Shown here: positions 53,878 through 64,000 of the stretch, one piece after another
Position numbering within the stretch: position 1 is the first letter of the stretch
How the letters are laid out: each line of letters starts with the position of its first letter
Translations under genes and position numbers: made by a program
NCBI RefSeq assembly: GCF_006345805.1
Contig: NC_043008.1
Coordinates: 9,672,001 to 9,736,000, forward strand
DNA length: 64,000 nucleotides
Direction of reading: 5' to 3'
Source of the DNA: Octopus sinensis
Lineage: Eukaryota
The notes under the pieces: model-generated
The model's database searches: none
Told to the model about the DNA's origin: nothing
The model's input: only the letters and a program-made list of their open reading frames with translations

Positions 53878-54667
53878 TTAATTTATCGACCCCGAAAGGA
53901 TGAAAAGCAAAGTCGACCTCGACGGAATTTGAACTCAGAACGTAACGGCAGACGAAATACGGCTACGCATTTCGCCCAGCATGCTAACGTTTCTGCCAGC
54001 TCACCGCCATCAGAAGTGCATATATATTGGAGATATCTCAATAGTTGTGATTTTGTATTATTTTTAAACAATAATTTTATATGTGACACATAAACATATC
54101 ATTATCCAAATTGTTAGTTTTATCACCATGGTAAGACAATACGAAGTGTAATTATAAAGCCGGTGGTTGTAGGTACTTGTATTTACTGACTTGAGATATC
54201 TGGTAGTGATTAAGATAATGTTACATAGAATATTTCACATCGGTCAAATTAGCGAGCCAAGAGCTGCCGCTCCAATTGTTCGAGCGTCGAGGGAGGCAGG
54301 GATGAAATCCGTCGTTCCGTGTAGTTCCATAGTAGTAACTTTCCTTAGTCAATCTGTTTATTTCAGGACAATTGTGCTTATACAGAAGTTGTAGAACAAG
54401 TCATTAATTTAACTGACAGATTCTATTGATTGAGTTTAATTGGAACAGGAATACCTCACTTCAGGTTGTTATTTATATTGCTTTCCCTCTAAGAGGTGTA
54501 GCAGATATGTAACGTTGCAGTTTCATCTCGGGTTTCACGTATTAACTATCCAGATAGGTAGATTTCAATTTAGTGCTTATTAATTAAACACACATTCTCG
54601 CATTCAATGCAAGGACAATTAGTCACTTAGAATTAATAGCTTTTTCCAAGAACCAAATATAAATACC

Positions 54668-54899
54668 TATTTCTTTACTAGCCACAAGGGGCTAAACACA
54701 GAGAGGACAAACAAGGACAGACAAACGGATTAAGTCGATTACATCGACCCCAGTGCATAACTGGTACTTTAATTTATCGACCCCCGAAAGGATGAAAGCA
54801 AAGTCGACCTCGGCGGAATTTGAACTCAGAACGTAATGGCAGACGAAATATGGCTACGCATTTCGCTCGGCGTGCTAATGTTTCTGCCAGCTCGCCGCC
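54668..54899 (-). mobile_element. SINE family B (full length, Tx1-like tail)
   Basis: Near-consensus copy. Confidence 0.9.
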
Positions 54900-54963
54900 T
54901 TTCAAATATAAATACCGCTGTTGTTTTAAGTGTTGTTGTTATTGTAATAATAATAATAATAAC

Positions 54964-55015
<52 letters not shown>

Positions 55016-55791
55016 GCGGCGGCGGCTTATCTCAGGTTAACTTTATCGGAAAGATATTTTTCTTATCAACCTTACAACGGGAAAAACTAGTGAAATGCTT
55101 AGTGGGACCCGCAATAAGAACGTTCCCTTCTTGGCCCATTCAAAGTAGCCGAATCAGAAAGAGCATAGGAAACTATCTCAGTACTTAAGTAGTCTGCGGT
55201 TATCGACACCGAGGGACGGGGTGAAAAAACTAAGTCGACGGAATGAGATTTGAACTCGAGTCACAAAAGCAAAACCCGCGAACCTATTTGCGGCCGACAA
55301 CGACGACAACGAGCAGATTTATGATTCATGATCGACTTAGTTACAATATAAGACTGTGTAAGCCTGTATAACACACATAGATCTATATCTGCACCACGTC
55401 TTCAGTTGGGGGAGGATCAAGCTGTGTATTCCAAAGTGCAGAAGTAAATCTTATATTGTACAGTATATTAGTGTTAATATGTAGTAGCTTAAAGGTGAAA
55501 TGGAATTGTTAGTGGCAGGATAATGTATCGTTGCCTCTTCAGACAGCAATCAACCATTTTAACGATTGCAAAGGTCAACGTTTTAATCATGTTGCTGAAT
55601 ATTTATTAGAATTGTATAAACAACGAGTTTACAACTGTTAACCGTTGAAGTTCAGATAAGTAAATATATCATCGCAGTTAGAAGAAGAACGAGATGTTTC
55701 TAGGCTGATCCTTCATTTCACTAAATAAATAAATAGATAAATAAATAAATAGGTAAACAAATTTAAAGAATTCAACAGTTGGACATTTCTC

Positions 55792-56193
55792 GGATCGTTT
55801 TCGGTTTGAACGGCAGTTTTTAACATAATTTCTAGGTAACTAAAAAATGTTATACTTCGTATACTGGTAGAATGTGTTTATAAAACATCTTTTTCTCTTG
55901 GCTTTATTGAGAAAATACTATAGTTTGTAAGATATTTGGTCTTTAATTTCTTGCATTTCGGCAATTTCAACCAATCAATGACATCCATTGAGGTAAACAA
56001 CATTATGTTCCGTATGAATATGTCCCTCGTTTAAGAAACTGATTGGGTTTGTTTACATTTGTGAAGAAAAAAAGATACCCTTCCCCTCACCCCTAACCCT
56101 AAAACAGATTGAAATGCAATAGATCGATAATTATGGGTGACAATTTCATATGACACCGCGAGAAAAAAACTGCCGTTCAAACCGAAAAGATCC
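55792..56193. mobile_element. MITE with ~30-bp TIRs and 8-bp TSD
   Basis: ggatcgttttcggtttgaacggcagttttt...aaaaactgccgttcaaaccgaaaagatcc; TSD catttctc at 55784-55791 and 56194-56201. Confidence 0.9.
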
Positions 56194-57095
56194 CATTTCT
56201 CTTCTCTCAAACAAAGGTCATCAGCGAAGGCTGAAAAATCAGATTGATTTTCATTATATAATTTTTGTAGACTCAGGTACCGACATCAGTTTATCGAGAT
56301 TCTGTCTTCATAAGTCTTACCCACTAATATCCAATAATAAAGACATACACAGGGCTGTTAAGTTACATAATAGAATGCTTACTCATCAACTATGTTGAAT
56401 AGCTTGATAATCTTGTCCGAGTATATTTAGTCCAGAGTTGATTACAGATAAAGTAGAAGCAGATGTTTTATTTTTACTAAAACCAGTAAGTAAATTGCAC
56501 AATTATTTATAGCCTATCAATAATAAACTCTTCTTCTCCTTAGTTAAGTATCTCTTCACACGTCTGTTAAACACAGAATAAGACGTTTTAGACTTTCAGG
56601 TCTACCTTTGCTCGTCCTTGTTTTGAATTCATTCTTCTTGGTTTATATTTGTTTTCTTTATCAATTAATTTATTTCTGAACTCATCTCAGATTGGCTCCA
56701 GATTTTCTTGAAGCATTAAAGAATTAAAGAAACAATTGTAATTTGAAATCGAAGTGCTTGTTGTTCTCGGCAATATACCCGTGTTGGTAAATATAGCTAA
56801 TGTTGACGTACGTCAGTTGGTGTGAATATATATAAATAACTACAAGTGCGTGCGTGCACACACAGACATATATTTGTGTGTGCGAACTTGAGTGTTTATA
56901 TATGTATGTGTGCGTCCGTGTCTGTGTCTGTGTGTGCGCGCGCGTCATTGTGTATGTGTTTGTGTACTAATATTTAAATTTATTTTTATTTCTAGAGAAA
57001 GGCTCAGATTCTCACCTAGATCCAAGCCTCCTTAATTGACTTTTTTATGTGATACCTGTGACATTCTTATCATGTGACTTTTTCTTTTAGACTCG

Positions 57096-58250
57096 GAGTC
57101 TTTTCCATTGTTGTCATAGATCTTGAAATTTTAAAATTAAGTGAAAACGTTCAAATTTGGTATAGTGATGTAATTTTTCACGCTGTCCCAGAAAAATTGT
57201 AGAAAAGTGTTAATGATTTTTAAGTCTAATAATTTTTATCCAATCAGAAAGCATGATTTGGAAGCTAGCATTTTCTGCGTGGTTGCTGTCTATCAGAAAA
57301 CGAGAGTAAGAAGTTTTGAAGTTCCAATAAGTTTTAATGGATAAAACCATGTAAAACAATCGAACAGAAATGTAAATAATTTAAAAACGAAAAAATTCTC
57401 AACGAACTCTTTTGCGAAAAGTTACAAAAAATTGTAAATTTGGCTTTAAGACTAGGGGTAAATTTACAGTTTAGGGTTAAGGTTACGGTTTATGGCTAGG
57501 CTTAATGATAGGGTTTAGCGTTAGACTTAAGGTTAAGCTTTAGGGTTATAGTCAGGGTTTACGGTTAGGGTTAGGGTTAAGGTGAAGGTTTGGGTTAGAT
57601 TAGGATTTAGGATTAGGTTTAGAGTTTAAGCTTATGGTTAGGGTTGACTCGTCATCAAAGAAATTACAAACGCTAAAATGATATACTCGTGGTGGTGGGT
57701 CTCTTTACACAATTTTATTTTAGGGATAGCACCATTCTCTTGAAAGTAAGAAACCACATCCTACTCTATCATACTCTAAAGGTTAAGCGTGTTGGCTGTG
57801 GTCATACATGTATTTAGGTTGAAATAGTCCATGAAAATGCATAGTTCAAAATTATGGAAATGAGGGAGTGACATGACAGCAACCGGAAATATCCGTTTCT
57901 CAAAAGGAAAGCAGGGGTGAAAATGAGAAAAATGAAGTACAAAGGCCAAGAAAATAAGTACACGCCAGAGAAAATACACAGCAAGAAAATATACGTGGTG
58001 ATGGTCTAAGTAGACTACAACTTTGCTTGTTACTATGGAAACAAGTATCAACATGTCTGTGGCTTTCGATTGGCTAAAATTATCCAAATTTTTCAAGTTA
58101 AAAAGACTTAACTTTTCATTTATTGATTTATGATAAAAGTGAATTTCATTTTCATAATTATCATAAAAATGTAAACCAGTACACCAAATTTAAAGCATTT
58201 GGAACAAAACACAAAAAAATAGAAAGTTGTGACAGCAACAGAAAAGATTC
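57096..58250. mobile_element. Longer, older member of the GGATCTTTTC MITE group, containing a telomere-like array
   Basis: Ends gagtcttttccattgttgtca / tgacagcaacagaaaagattc; diverged TSD tagactcg / tggacttg. Confidence 0.7.
57452..57645 (+). repeat. Degenerate (TTAGGG)n-like array
   Basis: ttagggttaaggttacggtttatggctagg...ttagggttagggttaagg... Confidence 0.85.
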
Positions 58251-59329
58251 TGGACTTGTTTAGTGATCATGCAACCAGTGTACTTTGTTGGGGAGAGTAC
58301 AGAACAGAAGGTATATTTCGTAAAATCTATTGTTTCCTGAATTCTAAGGATTGGTTTCATTGGCGCGTGTGCAACGGTAATTAATTTAGGTCGCTCTTGA
58401 TGAATTCGCTATTATCGTTTCGTGTATTCTTAATTCTAACAATGTACTGTGTGATTCATAGTAATTAGTAATAAATTGCACTTAACACTTTTATAAATCA
58501 TGTTTTATAATGAAGTCTTCTGATCGAGATTGGCATTTTTGTTTTACTTTCCTATTACATGTAAAGTCATGTTGTCTATTTGTTGTTGTTGTTATTTTTT
58601 CTGTTGTTTTTTTTTATCCTTTGAGGCTCTCTAACGATTGCTAGAACAATTCTAGTTCGACTTTCTCCTAGTTTTCGATCTTTTCTTCTTTAAGTGAAAA
58701 TTTGTTTCCTAGATAGAAAAATTAATTTGATCTGCTCTGAATCTACAGTACGAGAAATCAAAGAACGACCTTCTTATATTACTGCCATTATCTTACTGCC
58801 TAGACCCTATTGTTTCTCATTCAGTGGCTGAATTGACCGCAATACATGACTGATATCTATTTAATAAGTATATTCGTAAATTTGATAACACCCTTCCCAA
58901 TAATTTGTGGTCTTGTCCTTATACTAGAAAGCGACTATATGTTTGAGAAAGTTTGTGTCCATCTTTTCATCTTTTAAAGCTTGAAGCATCTTTCCATCTT
59001 CCTCATCATCTTCTTTTCCCATCTTTTTCTTTCGTTTATCACTAACGACTTCCCTATTTCCACAGCCTTGAAGTATTATCTTTTAATTTTCTGTGTCTTT
59101 CCGTTATTATTGTAAACTTTGCCGCTTCTGCCGCAGTGACCTTCCCCATTAATTCTTCATTTATTGCTCTGGAATAATTTTTACTTCGTTTAATTCTCTC
59201 TGATACGCTTATCATGATGGTTCTACAGAAAGCAATGCAAGGTGGGTATAATTTTTATTAACTTACATAAATCATTGAAATTGCGCATGTTAATAGAGCG
59301 CCTCTTCCACTATACAAAAGTTCTATCCA

Positions 59330-59820
59330 TCTCAATCTCTACCAGAAGCGATGCATTTGTGCCATTGTTGAAATCAACTCTTGAATCCGCTTTGGAAAAT
59401 TCAACGGTGTACTACTGCGATTGTTTGTTTACAGTCCATTCCATGGATTAATCCTTTGATTCCCGATCGTAAAAATACAGTCACGTTTATTCCATGTGAC
59501 TAAATAAAAAAACAGCGTGTTTTCATTGGATTAAAAAACTTCCAGTAGGTCAGAGCAGACTTCCACCCTTCTCGCATTTAGATTAGACAGCAATGGCCGA
59601 GGTACACACTTTTCGATATCCAAAGTCTCCCATCAATTTCTGTAATGCATTGTAACCACATTCCATTTATGCTGTAAGCTCAAAAATTGTGAGTCGCCTG
59701 AAATTAATTCGTTCACGTTTTGGAGATTACGCGTCAATGGTCACAGTTGATGGTATCTCACTCTGTGGTTTGTCTTCCATATTAGTTTTCCTTCCTTTAA
59801 ACTTTTTCATCCATCTGTTC
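59330..59820 (-). mobile_element. Decayed mariner transposase
   Basis: Minus strand WMKKFKGRKTNMEDKPQSEIPSTVT resembles the mariner W.++FK.G...++D..RSGRP.T pattern; many stops downstream. Confidence 0.65.
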
Positions 59821-60699
59821 ACTTTTGTTCTTGTAAATAATGTTATCTCTTTTACTTGTTTCAGTCACTTGACTGTGGTCATGCTGGAGCACTGCCTTTA
59901 GTTGAGCAAATCGAGTGCTGTGAACATGAGTTTATTAGTCTGTGAGTGACCCTCATATCCAAAGCATTCGTTTATAAACGATGTCGAATACTAACAAGGA
60001 CAAAAGAAGAGACAAGAAGAATCTCATCCCTTGCGCACACACGCATGAACAAGCAAAGAACATGGGCTACAGTCAGCTTTTGCAGAGAGATAAGCAAAGT
60101 CTTTTACCCGCTTCTTCCCACCTGCATTGATTAATGAAATATGCAGTTAATTATGAAGATATTTTTCGATCCTTCTTTAAAACATAAACTTATTCCTTTA
60201 TTACGACTCTTTCTTTAAGTTTAATCCTTTCCATCACTACTCTCACTCAAAGTAAACACTCAACACTCACATATGCAAATCATATCTTTCTTTCTTTCCT
60301 TTGCTTTTGTAGTTCTGTTTAAAAATCACATTTCTTCAATTTCTCTCACTTAAATTTTTCTAATAGCGTGTCAAGCACCAATAATACGGAACATATACCC
60401 CATATTTACAATGCCTTCTGTTACCAATTGCGAGAATGCTATGAAGGCAGGAATAGCAGCTAATGTCAGGAATGAAGCTTGAAGAATGACTGAGACTGAT
60501 AGATTGAAAAGAGTCAACTGGAGTTGATTGATGAACGACGGATTCACATTTAACCGGAAAGTGTCAGTCAAGTTACACGGGGTTATCATGGCAAACAACT
60601 ACAGCTGCAGAGCAGACGGAAGTCTCAAACAGCAAGACGAGTTTTGACTAGACCTCAGCCATACACACACTAGTAGTAGACATGATGTAATTACTAACG

Positions 60700-61290
60700 A
60701 TGTAGCCAGAGGAGAGGTTAGTCAGCTTTGCATTCGTCCAACAAGTTTTACTAATAGTCCTCGACATCTGTACAAACAAACGGAGGATGCGATGGCATAT
60801 GTTCACTGCTTTATACAGCGGCACCTTATCATTACTTTCATCTGCAATTTCAGATGGAAAGAAATTCAAGAAGAGATCATGCCAAGTTAAAAATATGCCC
60901 ACAGTCATGAGCTGCTTAAAACTGAAGTATATAGTAATATTTGGATCAATCAGATAAATATCGTAGAATGGGGGAAAGAGACCTGTCAAATGCATACACG
61001 CCATTGATTATTAAAGATACTCCATCACTGAACAGTTTGTTTTCTATTAGGAAAATGGTTAGCGAATGTGCATCGCTGCACCAGCTGCTATAAGTATAAC
61101 AAGCGTGACATCAAAGACAAAACAATCATAGCATTTTTCAAGCTGTTCCAGTATGGTTTCTTCGAAAGACATTGATGTGCCATCAGGTCCCTTCATCCTA
61201 TAAATGAAACAAGAAGGACAAAAACGAAGAAAGCAAAATATCTGATATAAGGTTTGGCAGAATCGTTGAAAGACTCCAACTGACTTGAAT
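60700..61290 (+). mobile_element. Decayed Helitron Rep (HUH) coding relic
   Basis: GEVSQLCIRPTSFTNSPRHLYKQTEDAMAYVHCFIQRHLIITFICNFRWKEIQEEIMP resembles Helitron ILPxxFxGSPRHM...DAMxYVR.YG.PDLFITFTCNP.W.EI. A frameshifted IVEWGK/RDLSNAY resembles VEWQKRGLPHAH. Confidence 0.75.
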
Positions 61291-61443
61291 CGTTACTGTT
61301 ATTGATTCTCTATAAAATACGAATTTCCAAATTCATTTAAAGATCTTCAGTAGTGAAGTTTGCATCACCAACAGAGAGAAATGCTTTGAACTTGCATCTT
61401 TATAATATTGTGTCTCGCGGGATGTAACAGTGTTAGAAACTAT

Positions 61444-61858
61444 GGATCTTTTCAGTTTGAACGGCAGTTTTTAACATAATTTCTAGGTAACTAAAAAATT
61501 TTAAACTTCGTATACTGGTAGAATGTGTTTATAAAACATCTTTTTCTCTTGGTTTTATTGAGAAAATTCTATAGTTTGTAAGATATTTGTTGTTTTTTCT
61601 TCAATTTCTGCAATTTCAACCAATCACTGACGTCCATTCAGGTAAAAAACATTATGTGCCATATGAATATGTCCCTCGTTTAAGAAACAGATTGGGTTTA
61701 TTTACATTTCTGAAGAAAAAAAGATACCCTTCCTTCCACCCCTAACCCTAACCCTAAAATAGATTGAAATGCAATAGATCGATACTAGGGTCATAATTAT
61801 GGGTGACAATTTCATATGATACCGCTAGAAAAAACTGCCGTTCAAAGCGAAAAGATTC
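61444..61858. mobile_element. MITE, same family as 55792-56193, with 8-bp TSD
   Basis: TSD gaaactat at 61436-61443 and 61859-61866; internal ccctaaccctaaccctaa. Confidence 0.9.
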
Positions 61859-62793
61859 GAAACTATCGTATCTTTCGAATTCTCAGTGAAAAAATATTGG
61901 AATTGAATTTTTCGGTGTGATTTGAACTCGGAATGTGCACATCACAAAAAAAAAACTGTAAGGTGTATTACCGATTCTAAAAAAGTTATTTCTTGTGTTA
62001 CAATGGAATGCATTTTTAAAACTTGGAATAAGATTTGTAATTAGGCTTACGCATGTGAGTGAATTAATGTAGTTTTACCTCTGTGGGAAGTTGGCACAAG
62101 TAACAGGTGGATACAATCCTTCACAAATAGTCTTTCGTCTTTCGGAAACGGGATATGTTAATTGAAAAAAATATATATAGAAACCAAAGGAAAATTAATG
62201 ACAAAACGAATCTTTCGCGAACAGACACACAGAAGAAAACAAGATGCGAAAAAAAAAACAGTTACTGAGAATTAAATAGAGATTTATTCAAATATCACGA
62301 AAGAAAAGAACTAATTTATTTATAATTGTGTATGTATGTATGTATGTGTGTGCGTGTGCGTGCGCGTGTGTGTTGATTTTATAGAATGACTCGATTCAAT
62401 CTAAAACTTTTTTTCCGAAAAGAACGATTACAGATTAGTTTCTATTCTCATTAGGCACTTTTACTGCCTCTTTTAAGAGTAGAATTGGTAGAGCTTCAAG
62501 CACAATACTGTGTGTTTCATCTCCTTACGTTCTGTGTTCAACTCCCAATAAGCTCAACTTTCCTTTTCATTCTTCTGGCATCGACAAAATAAAGTTCCAG
62601 TCGATGCTATTGACTAACCTTCTTTCTCCAAATTTAAAGCTTTTTTTTTTATCTACATTAGAAACTTTCATTACTGATAGCAGAAATACTTCCCTCCGGG
62701 CGGTTTTCTACTGGGGTATCTCCTGCTTACTTGTAGGAAAGTGCAATAATGTGCATTTCTGCGTACATATAAACATACATACATACATAAATT

Positions 62794-63030
<237 letters not shown>

Positions 63031-63400
63031 AGAAAAACAAAAGACGAAGAACGTTGTACGAACAACAAACAAGTATATTAGTTTGATGCTCAGGAAAAAA
63101 TGAAAAGTCTTTTATGTTTCGAGCCTACGCTCTTCAACAGAAAGGAATTAGAGAAAATAAACAGAGAGAGAATGAAAAAATTTGTTGTGTTCAGCGGTCC
63201 GACATCGCGAATTTTAGATCGCTAGCCACTACACATTCTTTATTTTCTCTCCTTGTTTCTTTCTGTGTTCATTTCTGTGGAAGAGCGTAGGCTCGAAACG
63301 TTAAAGACATTTTCACTTCCCGAACATTATACTAATACATCAGTTTGTTGTCTACACCTCCAGTCTTCGTCTTTTGTTTTCTTTTTTGTGAATTCTCCCT
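63031..63400. mobile_element. Fold-back Penelope-like element with hammerhead-like motif in both arms
   Basis: Plus arm: ttt-CTGTGGA(63275)-agagc-gtag-gctc-GAAA-cg-TT-aaa. Minus arm: CTGTTGA-agagcgtaggctc-GAAA-cata. Confidence 0.65.
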
Positions 63401-63410
63401 ATATATATAT

Positions 63411-63570
63411 TATTTACATTTTTTACATTATTTACATTTGACGGATATTTGTCCTCATCTTGTTTTTTTACTAACACAACGTTTCGGCTGATATACCCTC
63501 CAGCCTTCATCAGATATCTTGGGGGAAATTTCGAAACTGGGTTCTCATTCCTAAGGTATTTTTCGATATT
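63411..63570 (-). mobile_element. Third, 5'-truncated copy of the 47946-48450 hammerhead family
   Basis: Minus strand reads gatat-CTGATGA-aggctgg-agggtata-tcagcc-GAAA-cg-TT-gtgtt (63474-63518). Confidence 0.8.
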
Positions 63571-64000
63571 TTTCTTTCTATAAATACAGTAGGCCTTTTT
63601 ATAAATGCACTAGGCCATGTGCCTACACTGTTATGCATGAAGATTTCGGTAATTTTCAAACCAAACACTATTAGCTTTTGTTTGAATTCACTGGAGTTCA
63701 GTTCCCTTTCCTCTGTTATTTCAGTATGATGCCAAACCGCAAATTATTACCCATGGCAACAGTACAACAAGTGCACAATTCAGTCTCTCAGCTGACAGCT
63801 ATTTCGCAATGCACACATACCCGCAACGTTTTTTTTTTTCTTTTTCCATTCAATGACATTAAATGTCTCCGTTCGTTATTTCTTTGGCCTTTTAGCGAGC
63901 TCCCGCGGCGAGAAACTCAGTAAAATGAATCACCATATGACAATAATCTTTGTCACAGGTATTGAGTTCTTGTCAATTTTTGTAATCCCAAACACAGTTA

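Overview
AT-rich eukaryotic DNA, densely packed with repeats; the repeat content resembles Octopus genomes (inference, not searched). No intact host gene is visible. Almost all ORFs in the track are translations of microsatellites or SINEs. The window contains: (i) abundant (TA)n, (CATA)n, (GATA)n, (AAT)n and (GAA)n tracts; (ii) three tRNA-derived SINE families; (iii) decayed non-LTR elements (L1/Tx1-like pieces, one inside (GATA)n, and an R4/Dong-like piece abutting (TAA)n); (iv) a MITE family with GGATCTTTTC ends and 8-bp TSDs, some copies carrying TTAGGG-like arrays; (v) non-autonomous Helitrons plus a Helitron Rep relic; (vi) mariner relics. The most notable feature is a set of more than ten mutually dissimilar short elements. 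They are often fold-back and often sit in (TA)n. Each carries a minimal type-I hammerhead ribozyme motif of the Penelope-like/retrozyme kind. The set includes apparent G3-C8 and U3-A8 core covariants, one family fused to a tRNA-like Pol III head, and a decayed Penelope GIY-YIG remnant. All motif calls were made by eye; coordinates are approximate to a few bases.
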